A DNA stretch of 64,000 nt from a bacterium (GCA_030650605.1 JAUSDP010000100.1:16383-80382); one strand, 5' to 3'; positions 27,645-37,667 are shown, numbered from the stretch's first letter. Program-made: numbers and translations. The notes: generated by a model not told the origin, from the sequence alone.

Positions 27645-28850
27645 TTATCTGGATGAACTGTTTTTTTCTAATTTCGCTGTTTTGGGATCATAAATAAATT
27701 CAGTAATCGATCCATCCCGAATCCGATGCACAGCCTCATCGATTACACTCAACGGCACCAGGAACCACTCTCTCGGTTTCACAGGATTCCCAAATCGGTC
27801 ATCAATAGTTAAATCAAGTTGGGCGCCGGCGAAGATCCGATGAAATAAGTTTTCCAAACTGATGCGGTTCAAATTGTGAAGCTTATACGTGGCCACTACG
27901 TCGACATCAGCCAACAAATAAGTGGCATCCTTCGATGCGTTTGCAATCCTGGTCTCAACCTTCCCTCCGGTCACTCCTATTTTATGGATCAGCTCGCGAT
28001 GTTCAGTAACAAATGGATGCGTTGATTTACTCTGGAGTACATAGATGGTCCCAGTCGCAATGTCTGCCGGCTCGGCAACACTACCAAACAGTGGTCCGTC
28101 ATCCTTGCGAATGAGGCGCCGTCCAACAGGCGTGTCACCATCTGGATACAGGGATCTGGAAAGAGATCTCAATAACAAGTTACCTTCAGTCCCGTTATCA
28201 AAAATAACCCGCAGCCGAGGGTTATCGCGCCCATCCTTGGTCTTATTGGCGTCGTTCATTTCGGCGACGTAAGATGTCTGGCCACTGACAATATAGAAAT
28301 CTCCCACATTGATACTGGCATCCTTAGCGAATGGCTTCGTCATCCAGGTGCCGGCTTTGAGTCCAGATATGGCTTCATCGAACAAATGTTTGAAATTATC
28401 GAAATCCGCGCACGGAGTTCGATTTGCGACTTCTTCAGCGGCCTGAATTTCAACACTGGAGCGAACATGGCGCAAAACTCGGATGTCATTTTCATCCGTG
28501 AGCTCAGTGCTAATCCCGAGCTCAGCAAGTAATGCGTCCTCGTCTAAGCTATCGACATCAACTGCATTTGCTACGACACCAGAAAGCAGCCCGGGTCCAT
28601 CCATAGCGCCCAGCAGAGATTGAGCTTCTGGTAACTTACGAATTTGATCGAGCCGAACAGCATAAATGCGCTCGAAAATATCACCGCTCTCTCCATGCAA
28701 TGGGGCTCGGCCGTGTGCCTGATGGAATCGCAGAATATCTTCGAAGCCAGCAATAATGCGTTCTTCGCGCGCAGTTCGACTTGATACCTTAATCGGAGTG
28801 GCATCAATGCCAAGCGCATCTAGAAGTTCATCATCATTCATTTCAGCCAT
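27645..28850 (-). CDS. T5orf172 / GIY-YIG-like (MUG113-type) domain protein, third gene of the MTase-helicase operon, about 401 aa
   Basis: C-terminal GIY-YIG/T5orf172 signature (GTIYVLQS ... HKIGVTGG ... REWFLV). The chosen ATG at 28850 overlaps the helicase stop (ATGGCTGA). The longer ORF from 29015 would run 170 bp into the helicase gene. Confidence 0.6.
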   Translation of the reverse strand: MAEMNDDELLDALGIDATPIKVSSRTAREERIIAGFEDILRFHQAHGRAPLHGESGDIFERIYAVRLDQIRKLPEAQSLLGAMDGPGLLSGVVANAVDVDSLDEDALLAELGISTELTDENDIRVLRHVRSSVEIQAAEEVANRTPCADFDNFKHLFDEAISGLKAGTWMTKPFAKDASINVGDFYIVSGQTSYVAEMNDANKTKDGRDNPRLRVIFDNGTEGNLLLRSLSRSLYPDGDTPVGRRLIRKDDGPLFGSVAEPADIATGTIYVLQSKSTHPFVTEHRELIHKIGVTGGKVETRIANASKDATYLLADVDVVATYKLHNLNRISLENLFHRIFAGAQLDLTIDDRFGNPVKPREWFLVPLSVIDEAVHRIRDGSITEFIYDPKTAKLEKNSSSR

Positions 28851-30954
28851 TGCTTGAATCCTTTTGCGATTGAGCTGCTTTAGCTTGGGAATATCTGGTA
28901 AAAGCAGCGACGCCTTCGGCCATACGTTTTTCCCAGGCATCCGACGAATTGATATCCGGCAGGCGGCCTCGTTCATTTTTAAACTGAACCGCTCGCCTCG
29001 CAAGGTCGCGAGCATCTTCTTCAGAAATATTTACTCTCTTAGCAGCAATTGTCGCTTGGACTTGTCTTAAAGATTTTTCGTCCATCGCCTTCGCTAAAAC
29101 AGCGTAGGCGGCATCGAAAGGGTTAATGCGATCGATCAGATCGATATCAAGATCACGAACATTAATGAATTTACGGACCCCATCAAGAAACGCTGAGTTA
29201 CCTGGTGGCGTGCCATCATTAGCATCAACTTTAGCCAACTCCAGCTTCGCTTGCTGGGTTACATTCATCGCCGCGATGGCATGTTGACGGATTGATTCCT
29301 GATCAGTATCACTTAAATCTGGGTAACGCTCCCGCACGATCTTACCCATATGGAGTTGAGTGAGTTCTTCTGGTAACGTGTTTTCTTTATCAAAGAGACC
29401 GCGCTCCAAAACTGTTTTCTCTTGTAAAAAACTGGTCACAACTTCGTTTAGGTCTTCCTTGCAGATACGTGTAGCCTCGGGGCTTTGAGGTTTTACCAGC
29501 CCATTGATCTCCACGTGGATCTGACCGGTTTCTTTGTTGACGCCAACGTTTTTACCGTCTTCCTTGTAGCCATCGTCACCGTAATCAAAACCTTCCTTCG
29601 GTCCTGCATTTTTAGGCGTGAACTCATACCGTGGTGCCAAAACTTGTTCCATCAGAAGACTGGCAGAGATTGCCTTGAGCATGTCATTCACGGCTTCAGC
29701 GACAAGTGATTGCTCGGCTGCCGGTTCTGCAATCAAGTTTGTGAAACGGGAACGCTCTTTACCCTCAGCATCACGAGTCGCACGACCAATAATCTGAACG
29801 ATTTCAGTTAAGCTGCTTCTGTAACCTACTGTCAAAGCGTGCTCACACCAAATCCAATCGAAGCCTTCTTTTGCCATGCCGAGGGCAATAATGACATCCA
29901 CGAAATCGCGGTTATTTTTTTGTTTAGGATCTTTTAACGCCGTGAGTACATTCGATCGCTTAGCTTGATCGCTGTCATCTACCAGATCGGCTACTTTCAA
30001 TATGCGGCCATCTTTAGTTTGGACCAGATGAAAACCTGTAATAGGGTCGACACCTTTCCAGTCTCCCATTCCGTGCATGATGTCATTCACTTCGCGCTGC
30101 TTGTCTTTGAGGCTTTCACGCGCATTCACGTTAGGAATGTGAACGATAGTTTTCAAAGAGGGATCTAAAACTTTGTGGATTGCATCAACATAAGGACCGG
30201 TGTAGAAAAAATAACCGATGTCCAGTGATTTGAGCCATTGATACCCATTGAGCTGCTCGTAATACGTGTATGTGATCGTTTCGAATTTGGACTCATCTGT
30301 TGGTGACATCACCGCTTCACTGTCACCACGGAAGTAGGAGCCCGTCATAGCAACCAAGTGCGCCTTATCTCGGGCGATGAGAGCACCTAATTGAGCGCCC
30401 AACTTATTGTCGGGGTTGCTGGAAACATGGTGAAATTCATCAATAGCAACCAGGCGGTCATCAAACGCTTGAATGCCTAGCTCTTCCACCGCGAACCTGA
30501 ATGTGGCATGAGTACAAACGAGAACCTTATCGGCTCCTTCCAAAAACTGTTTTACCGCGTCCACTTTTGACTTAGCCACACGTGGCTCATCGACGCCTGG
30601 TGCGTTGCACAGGTTCCATTGTGGTTCGACTTTCCAATCCCAATAGAACCCAAACTTACTCAAAGGTTCATCGGCAAAGCTGCTTCCAATGGAGCGCTCT
30701 GGTACCACGACGATTGCTTGTTTGAGACCTTGATTATTGATTTTATCGAGCGCGATGAACATGAGGGCTCGGGATTTACCAGATGCCGGAGGTGACTTGA
30801 TCAGCAGATATTGTTCACCACGTTTGGCATAAGCGCGCTCTTGCATGGTACGCATCCCCAGCTCGTTTGCTTTGCTGGATGCGCCGGTGCACGCAGTCGC
30901 AATCGATACTGATGGAACCGTGTATTTATTCGTCGGATTGCTCGATTGATCCAT
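28843..30954 (-). CDS. SF2 DEAD/DEAH-box helicase (restriction Res/HsdR-like motor without a recognisable nuclease domain), 703 aa
   Basis: Motif I KSPPASGKS, motif II VAIDEFHH and motif VI QIIGRATRD. The start codon overlaps the MTase stop (TAATG). Confidence 0.75.
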   Translation of the reverse strand: MDQSSNPTNKYTVPSVSIATACTGASSKANELGMRTMQERAYAKRGEQYLLIKSPPASGKSRALMFIALDKINNQGLKQAIVVVPERSIGSSFADEPLSKFGFYWDWKVEPQWNLCNAPGVDEPRVAKSKVDAVKQFLEGADKVLVCTHATFRFAVEELGIQAFDDRLVAIDEFHHVSSNPDNKLGAQLGALIARDKAHLVAMTGSYFRGDSEAVMSPTDESKFETITYTYYEQLNGYQWLKSLDIGYFFYTGPYVDAIHKVLDPSLKTIVHIPNVNARESLKDKQREVNDIMHGMGDWKGVDPITGFHLVQTKDGRILKVADLVDDSDQAKRSNVLTALKDPKQKNNRDFVDVIIALGMAKEGFDWIWCEHALTVGYRSSLTEIVQIIGRATRDAEGKERSRFTNLIAEPAAEQSLVAEAVNDMLKAISASLLMEQVLAPRYEFTPKNAGPKEGFDYGDDGYKEDGKNVGVNKETGQIHVEINGLVKPQSPEATRICKEDLNEVVTSFLQEKTVLERGLFDKENTLPEELTQLHMGKIVRERYPDLSDTDQESIRQHAIAAMNVTQQAKLELAKVDANDGTPPGNSAFLDGVRKFINVRDLDIDLIDRINPFDAAYAVLAKAMDEKSLRQVQATIAAKRVNISEEDARDLARRAVQFKNERGRLPDINSSDAWEKRMAEGVAAFTRYSQAKAAQSQKDSSNG

Positions 30955-33734
30955 TATGCTTTCTTCCCTTTTTTTGTAATTTTGGCGCCAACAGCTGTCA
31001 TCTTTGTGTATAGATCAAATAGTTTTTCTAATCGTTCTGTATCGTTCTTGAAGCGCCGTCCAATATAGATCCGCTCTATAACTTCGTCGTTTCGTTCATG
31101 GGCAAGACGCAGGTTTTCAGGCATCTTATCCGGATCGTACAAGTCGGCGATGGTAGATGGAAAATGTGTCTCGCGTGCCAATAAAATGTTTTCGGCGCTT
31201 GCGGTCAGGTCTGCCTTGTTCTGTTCAGTGAGAAGAGGGATGGGGAAGGTGTTCCAGCCAAGTTCGTTTGAGTAGCGAAAATCAGTCTTCAGCTGCCCAC
31301 AAATAGTTGCAATCCACGATAAATGCAGCTTTGAAACTAGAATCGCAAGTTGCCAAAGCGGGGCATCAAAAATCGCAAACGCCTCACTAGAAACTGTGCT
31401 ATCTGTTGCTATCAAACCAGCGGGTAAGTAACGGCGAGACTCTGAAGATGTTCTTGGCATCACTACCGTGTGGACGCTGGCACCACGCATTTCTCTCAAT
31501 TGATGTGCCCGCGCAGCCATTGCTCTTCCACCTGAATCGGTACTATTCAAGCGCATTTCTTTTACCGCATTCACACGAAGTCTAATGCCAGGTATTAGCA
31601 TCGCTTCTGGAAAATTTTCGTCTTCAATCCAAAGACAGTATCTACTTAATCCGTTTGTGAACTCCTTCGACCCGTAAATCCTTCGAATAAAGCTCTGACG
31701 CTGTGCTTTAGTCAGATTTAACTCGATGAGTTCATCACGGGAAAGTAGCAGGCTGCCACCGTCATACGGCATGTTGCCCAAGTCCATATTTGACAAACCG
31801 TTTATAGGTTTTGAACTCTTTTCAATGAGTACGTTTGCCCCCCCAACAAGATAGGCATTTATGAATGAAACATCCTTTGCCAGTAACTCACCTTCGTCTG
31901 TTATCGAGTAGATCTTTCGGGCAGTCCGTGCCTCTCTCGAAAGTCCGATGATTGCGACTATCACGCCAGCATTGTGGGCGGCTAAATTTTTCCACTTAAA
32001 GGACGTGTGTGCAAAGCTGATCTCATACTGATCTCCAAAAATCTGCGGCCAAATCAATGGAACTTGATGACCTCTGGAAATAGAATTTGTTGAAACAAAA
32101 GCACATGATGCGTTGGTGCTTTTACCGTAGTCAACAGCTTTAATAAACCAACATCCGACATAGTCGATATAGCCATGCTTGACACCACGTGGGCCAAAAA
32201 TATTTTCCATGTCGGAGATCTGCTGCGCTGATTTCTTACCTTTGCCCGCATATGGTGGATTGCCGCAAATGTACGTTTCCCCCCCTTCGTTCTCGAAGTC
32301 AATTTCTACCTGATTCAGCGGAGTACCAAACAAATCATCTGCCACCAGCTTCACGCCTGTTCCCGTGGGCGGGCAAATACTTAGCCAATCCAAACGAAGG
32401 GCGTTACCGCAAACAATCCAGTTTTGCGCATCGAGCGGAAGAAACTCTGCCAAGGCATCCTGTTGACCTCGATAAAGTACGTCACACTGAAACTCTGCAA
32501 TGATGAGCGCCAGGCGTGCTATCTCCGCAGGAAAGTCACATAGCTCAATTCCTCTATAGTTCGTTAGTGGAATTTCACTGCCTTGATGTTGTTCACCGCG
32601 CCGCCGATTAATTTCACCTTCGATCTCACGCATCTGCTTATAGGCGATAACTAGGAAGTTCCCGGATCCACACGCCGGATCGAAAACACGAATCCGCGCA
32701 ATACGTTTCCGCAGATTCAAAAGCTTCCGATCGTTTTCCCCGGCCTCGTCCAACTGCGCCCGCAGGTCATCAAGGAATAGAGGATTCAACACCTTCAAAA
32801 TATTGGGCACACTGGTGTAGTGCATTCCAAGAGAACCACGCATTTCCTCATTGGAAACAGCCTGGATCATGCTTCCGAATATATCCGGATTGATCTCTTT
32901 CCAATTCAATCCACCGGTATGCAGCAGGTAGGTACGCGCCATACGAGTGAATCGTGGAACATCTGTACTGCCAGAGAAGAGACCACCATTCACATAAGGA
33001 AATCCGGCAATCCAAGTAGCCAAACGAGGTTTGGCTCCAGCACGTTCGGCAACCTTAATATTCATGGATCTGAAAATTTCGGATACCACTTCATGAGTGT
33101 TCAAACCATCGCGGTCACTAATTTGCTCGACAGTTTTCGTAAAGAGGCCGTTACCTTCGAAGATATTAGTATCCTCAGCAAAAAAACAGAACACAAGGCG
33201 CGCCATAAAGTGATTCATGTCTTGGCGGCGCTCTTCTTTTGCCCACTCTGGATTCTCACGCAAGAGCTCGACATACAGCTTGTTCAGGCGCCCAGTCGCA
33301 CGTACGTCAACTGGATTGTCTTTGATCTCTTTGATCGTCGAGATGCCAGCCAGTGGCAGGAAGAAACCAAAATGGTTTGGGAAATCTTGATAAGCGCACG
33401 CGATTGTCTCGCCACCATTTAAATCTTCGGATTCCAGACTCTGACCATCGGTGGCCAAAATGAATTTGGCTTTAGCTTTTGTTGTTGTCGAGCTGGCGCG
33501 CAGCGCTTTAAGGGTTTCGCCCACACTACCGGCATCACAAACTGCGATATGGATATTATTCCGTTGGAGTACGCCGCCAGAAACATCGGAAGCGTTGTTA
33601 TTTCCCGATCGCAGACGCTGAAGTGTTGTGTCCTTATTTCCAAAGGCGGCAAGAAAGTGATACGGGAACTCAGTAGCATCAAAGGGTTGGAGCGCTAAAT
33701 TCGAAACGGCTTCTTCTATTTCTACAGCGTTCAT
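30954..33734 (-). CDS. Gamma-class N6-adenine DNA methyltransferase with a long C-terminal target-recognition region (MmeI/PglX/type IIG-like architecture), 926 aa
   Basis: AdoMet motif I VFDPACGSGNFLV and catalytic motif IV CGNPPYAG. Roughly 300 aa N-terminal to the MTase core and roughly 350 aa C-terminal to it. Confidence 0.8.
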   Translation of the reverse strand: MNAVEIEEAVSNLALQPFDATEFPYHFLAAFGNKDTTLQRLRSGNNNASDVSGGVLQRNNIHIAVCDAGSVGETLKALRASSTTTKAKAKFILATDGQSLESEDLNGGETIACAYQDFPNHFGFFLPLAGISTIKEIKDNPVDVRATGRLNKLYVELLRENPEWAKEERRQDMNHFMARLVFCFFAEDTNIFEGNGLFTKTVEQISDRDGLNTHEVVSEIFRSMNIKVAERAGAKPRLATWIAGFPYVNGGLFSGSTDVPRFTRMARTYLLHTGGLNWKEINPDIFGSMIQAVSNEEMRGSLGMHYTSVPNILKVLNPLFLDDLRAQLDEAGENDRKLLNLRKRIARIRVFDPACGSGNFLVIAYKQMREIEGEINRRRGEQHQGSEIPLTNYRGIELCDFPAEIARLALIIAEFQCDVLYRGQQDALAEFLPLDAQNWIVCGNALRLDWLSICPPTGTGVKLVADDLFGTPLNQVEIDFENEGGETYICGNPPYAGKGKKSAQQISDMENIFGPRGVKHGYIDYVGCWFIKAVDYGKSTNASCAFVSTNSISRGHQVPLIWPQIFGDQYEISFAHTSFKWKNLAAHNAGVIVAIIGLSREARTARKIYSITDEGELLAKDVSFINAYLVGGANVLIEKSSKPINGLSNMDLGNMPYDGGSLLLSRDELIELNLTKAQRQSFIRRIYGSKEFTNGLSRYCLWIEDENFPEAMLIPGIRLRVNAVKEMRLNSTDSGGRAMAARAHQLREMRGASVHTVVMPRTSSESRRYLPAGLIATDSTVSSEAFAIFDAPLWQLAILVSKLHLSWIATICGQLKTDFRYSNELGWNTFPIPLLTEQNKADLTASAENILLARETHFPSTIADLYDPDKMPENLRLAHERNDEVIERIYIGRRFKNDTERLEKLFDLYTKMTAVGAKITKKGKKA

Positions 33735-33840
33735 GCTTTCGTTACCTTAATTATTATTTTAATAGAACAGTAAGAGCAATATTATAGCTAGGGCTGCGCC
33801 AGGAGCGGATAAATAAGGATTCGAGAGTATTTTGCTTGCC

Positions 33841-33876
33841 TACGGTACATGATAATTATTATTATCATGTACCGTA
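33841..33876. promoter_or_regulatory. 36-bp perfect palindrome about 105 bp upstream of the MTase-helicase-T5orf172 operon (candidate operator)
   Basis: tacggtacatgataat tatt attatcatgtaccgta has 16-bp perfectly complementary arms. It is the only such element in the 550-bp leader. Confidence 0.45.
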
Positions 33877-34290
33877 AAAATAGCCGTCAATTCGACAAGT
33901 CTTCATTTGAGTGGCACCCAAAACCCTGCTCACATATGCTGAGAGTGACGTCCACATTGAGTTTGCGAGGCATTAAGGCGCGGAGATGGAAAGCAAACAT
34001 TATTTGTGGCTGTCTATTTGCAGAGTTATCATTGATATCTTAAATCCTAAACTATGCGAGATGATAATGAGCGATAAGAAGGTGCCTGAGGTCGCCAAAG
34101 ACCTCAATGCAAAAACGATATTGTCAACGTAGGACGCAGCCGAGTTGATGCATGAAACGCGGGGACCTAGGTAACTTAGACGATATACCGACAGGGGCAG
34201 TTCATGCGCCTCTTGAGCGATAATATCTAGGGCAGAAATGAAGAAAGCCGCCCGTAGGCGGCTTTTAGGTGTTAATTGTCGGAACGCCGA

Positions 34291-34746
34291 CTAAGCTGCT
34301 TCCTCAGTCTCTTCAATTTTAGAAATCCATTTATTTCTGGATTCTTTCACAATGATTTTTGTATTGGAAATGCGGTCCAGTAAATTCATGGTGTTGATCA
34401 TGGCTGACACTTTTTCATTGCCATTAGCGTCTGCTGAGTATAATGAGCGCAAGTAAAATTCAATCGCTTTAGGTATCTTTCCGCTTTTTTCCCATATCGC
34501 TACGGCTTGTTCTGTATAACCAAGTTTTTGACCAATTGCCTTTTGAGAAAGCAGCAACGCGCTACGAATATAGCGAAATTCCGCTCCCGTCAATTTGCTT
34601 GGTTTTTTAATTAAAGCAAGGCAAATAGCTTTGGTCAGTCCATCAGCATCATGAAAAGAAACACCTTTCCCGTACTTGGTGTCGCATTCAACGTAACCAT
34701 TCTCTAACCATACATTGCGCAAGCCACCGTCAGTATAGTGAAACAT
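34291..34746 (-). CDS. HTH (XRE-type) antitoxin-like protein, 151 aa
   Basis: LTGAEFRYIRSALLLSQKAIGQKLGYTEQAVAIWEKSGKIP is an HTH. It lies immediately downstream of, and co-oriented with, the small toxin-like gene. Confidence 0.5.
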   Translation of the reverse strand: MFHYTDGGLRNVWLENGYVECDTKYGKGVSFHDADGLTKAICLALIKKPSKLTGAEFRYIRSALLLSQKAIGQKLGYTEQAVAIWEKSGKIPKAIEFYLRSLYSADANGNEKVSAMINTMNLLDRISNTKIIVKESRNKWISKIEETEEAA

Positions 34747-34756
34747 AATAATCCTC

Positions 34757-35068
34757 TTAAAAGGCTGTAATCAGCACCAGATATGGGTCGTCGTCATCAA
34801 GCGCAACAACCATTTTTATTTCCTGCCCTGCAACAAAATATTCCATTCGACATTCAATATTTCCCTTTGCGTAATTAATCTCAGGCGTCAAATTAATTTT
34901 ACCGTTGCGCAATGTTTCAAAGGCCATACTGTTTGTAATCTTTCTTTCCTTCATTCGTTTCAGCGCATGAATAGTAAATACAACATTGACTGATTGAATG
35001 GACTCAGAGCGAATATGCGCTTGCAACTGCGGAGTTGACCATTTTAGTTTTGAATGTTTGGAAGCCAT
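34757..35068 (-). CDS. DUF4258-like small toxin-like protein, 103 aa
   Basis: FTIHALKRMKERKIT matches the conserved H..RM.ER.I segment of the DUF4258 family. The toxin-first gene order resembles HigB/HigA and MqsR/MqsA. Confidence 0.4.
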   Translation of the reverse strand: MASKHSKLKWSTPQLQAHIRSESIQSVNVVFTIHALKRMKERKITNSMAFETLRNGKINLTPEINYAKGNIECRMEYFVAGQEIKMVVALDDDDPYLVLITAF

Positions 35069-35499
35069 AATTTTTATATGTTTAGCCTATAAAAAGTATA
35101 GCTAAACAAAATTCCAAAAGCAAGGTATTTATTGAAATATCAACAGGGGTGATATCCATTCAGAGGTTGGAATTGGCATTATTTTAACCCGGCGCACCAA
35201 TACTCAAGGATTAAAAGTATTAAGAGCAATCGCAAGACAGCCCCCGTGGCTTTTCCTAAAGACTGTCAATATTGCTTACTGAAGCAATTTAACACTGAAC
35301 GATAGGGGCTGTTATACAGAATTATATTGATTATTGAAGTACGAAACGCCTGTTAAATTGGTGTTTTATTCTTCAAATCGGTGAATGAATTTGCCGCTTA
35401 TTTTGATGAAACATAATGGATAATTGCAACAATTAGCGCGGAACTTTTATAGATGCAGTTTAAGTTTTTGACTCAGTTGATCAATTTCACGAAACCAAA

Positions 35500-37569
35500 A
35501 TGACAGAGACAGAACCCAAAAAATTAGACTTCAACAATTCGGCCCCAACTACCTCCCCCACCCGAGCACGCAAACTCCATCTCGGCCACTTCGCCTTTAT
35601 GCGTGCAGTAGTTCAAGGCCTGGACGCCCAATCAAGTTGGAACCGCTACTTACGACTTGACGGTGACTATAGCGATTTAAGAATCACAAAAAAGACTATC
35701 GCTTGGATCCGAGATGAATTCGCTGCGGCCGCACGTCGGTACGATAGACATGGTACCGCCAGGCTTGTTCTCATGGATGCAACTACGATTTCCGATAAAT
35801 CAGGTGAACTACAATCCCTGGACGAATTCGTCGTTGAAATGGGGCTAGAGGATTTCTCTGAAACCGAACAGATTGAAGCCTACCAAGAAAAATTTGGAAA
35901 CAAAACTCAGCAGCAATCCAGACGCGCTAAGCTGATTTCAAAGCAACTTGAAGCTCTGAAATGGCTTGAAGAATTGGTAGCCCAACCGCCATTATCCGGA
36001 GATGCAATTGCATCCTGGTTTAACCCAGACTTGGTTACCCATTTAGAAGCGGCAGACATTTTTACTGTCCGAGCGCTCGTTGAGAGAATCAACGGATCCG
36101 GCTTACGATGGTGGTCAGGTATCAAGGCAATCGGAGCTCTCAAAGCGAAACGAATTGTTGAGTGGTTAAGTGTGCACGAGGTGACTATCGGGTTACGAAT
36201 AGGTACCCACACACTTGTTCAACGCTCAAAACTGCAGCCGGAAGAATTGGATCGAGTTGTCGCAAGAAAGACCGGAATCGTCCCATTAGAAAAGTTTGTA
36301 ATGCCGGCAGAGCTGAATGGCACCGACGGAATGTACCGGGCACCACAACGTCTCTGTTTGATGCGCGCCGATAATGACTACGATGCCATACTGACCTGGC
36401 TGAAATCGAAGCATGGGCCGTCTGAAGCGGTGATAGCTAAGAAAAAGGCATCAAGTTCTAGCCAAAAAATGGATCCATCAAATCCGCTTGCCTGGCTAAG
36501 TAGTCTTTCTAATACACAGCGTGCCTACAAGAAGGAAGCAGAACGATTCCTGCTTTGGGCCATCGTGCAGCACAAGAAACCCTTGTCTTCGATGACGTTG
36601 GAAGATTGCGAATCCTACCGTGAATTTCTGGCCAACCCGGCACCGGCTGACAGATGGTGTGGGCCTCGGTGGCGAGAGAAATGGAGCCCATTATGGAGAC
36701 CATTTGAAGGCCCTTTGGCGCCGCGCGCACAGCGACAATCCGTTACTATTTTGAAGTCAATGTATCGCTTCCTGGTCGATCAATGCTATTTGATTGGAAA
36801 CCCATGGAACGGGGTTTTGACGCCAAAATCGAATCAAAAAATCAATAAGGGTCACAGCTTCTCACGATCACAATGGAAATTCATTAACGAATATCTTTAT
36901 ACGTTGCCTGATCACTCGGCGAATATTCGAATTAGTTTCGCCATACATTTCCTGTATGCAACTGGACTAAGATTATCTGAAGCTGTCATGTCGAAGGTGG
37001 ATCATTTGAATTGGATGAGTTATCCTGCCGATGAAGAATCTGATGGCGTTGAAGGGTGGGAACTTACTGTTATTGGCAAGGGGGACAAGGAAAGAACTAT
37101 TCCGATCCCAATTGAAATCGTCGCAGAGCTTTCCCAATATTTGGAGTCCAGAGGTTTGGACTCCGATCCTACGGATCCATCGAATGTTGGAGTTTTCCTG
37201 TTTGGCAAGACCACAGACGTAGCCGAGAGAGCACCATGGTCACCGAAATCTACATTAGATGTTGACCCTAAGTCAGGGATCGTAGCGAGTACGCTCGCAG
37301 ACCAATTGAAGAGATTCTTCGCTAATTGTTCTGACGCCATGATGCTTGTTGATCCCCAAAGTGCAAGTAAGCTTGCATCTGCCAGCACTCACTGGATGCG
37401 ACACACACATGGATCCCATTCGCTTGCATCCGGAATGCCGCTTGAAATCCTTCAACAAAATCTGGGACACGCTTCGCTTAATACCACCACTGTGTATTCC
37501 TCAAGCGAAGAAAGTCGTCGGATGAAGGAAGTTCAGAAATTCTGGCAGAAGAATCGGACGGGATCGTAA
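35500..37569 (+). CDS. Tyrosine recombinase / integrase (large, 689 aa)
   Basis: C-terminal catalytic signature HWMRHTHGSHSLASGMPLEILQQNLGHASLNTTTVYS (the R ... HxxR ... H ... Y pattern). Confidence 0.8.
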   Translation: MTETEPKKLDFNNSAPTTSPTRARKLHLGHFAFMRAVVQGLDAQSSWNRYLRLDGDYSDLRITKKTIAWIRDEFAAAARRYDRHGTARLVLMDATTISDKSGELQSLDEFVVEMGLEDFSETEQIEAYQEKFGNKTQQQSRRAKLISKQLEALKWLEELVAQPPLSGDAIASWFNPDLVTHLEAADIFTVRALVERINGSGLRWWSGIKAIGALKAKRIVEWLSVHEVTIGLRIGTHTLVQRSKLQPEELDRVVARKTGIVPLEKFVMPAELNGTDGMYRAPQRLCLMRADNDYDAILTWLKSKHGPSEAVIAKKKASSSSQKMDPSNPLAWLSSLSNTQRAYKKEAERFLLWAIVQHKKPLSSMTLEDCESYREFLANPAPADRWCGPRWREKWSPLWRPFEGPLAPRAQRQSVTILKSMYRFLVDQCYLIGNPWNGVLTPKSNQKINKGHSFSRSQWKFINEYLYTLPDHSANIRISFAIHFLYATGLRLSEAVMSKVDHLNWMSYPADEESDGVEGWELTVIGKGDKERTIPIPIEIVAELSQYLESRGLDSDPTDPSNVGVFLFGKTTDVAERAPWSPKSTLDVDPKSGIVASTLADQLKRFFANCSDAMMLVDPQSASKLASASTHWMRHTHGSHSLASGMPLEILQQNLGHASLNTTTVYSSSEESRRMKEVQKFWQKNRTGS

Positions 37570-37667
37570 CTAGTAGTTACGTTGCATTTCTAACTTCAAT
37601 CAAATTCAAGTTAGCTTTTGGCAAAGTCTATTTACCTTTAAAAGAAAAAAGACAACCAATTTTGAGA

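Noticed and set aside
28851-29015. N-terminal 55 codons of the longest ORF for the T5orf172 gene (start at 29015)
   Set aside because: That start would overlap the helicase gene by about 170 bp. The internal ATG at 28850 gives the classic ATGGCTGA stop-start coupling.
32820-33422. 200-aa + strand ORF inside the methyltransferase gene, and similar antisense ORFs inside the helicase gene (29485..29709, 29965..30168)
   Set aside because: These are antisense to genes with unambiguous catalytic motifs. They show no conservation signal.
33849-34043. 64-aa + strand ORF in the leader of the defence operon
   Set aside because: It has no RBS and starts inside the 36-bp palindrome. It is more likely a non-coding regulatory region.
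35100-35500. tRNA or att site adjacent to the tyrosine recombinase
   Set aside because: I could not find a tRNA-like acceptor/T-arm sequence or clear direct repeats bracketing the integrase by eye. A tRNAscan or att search would be needed.
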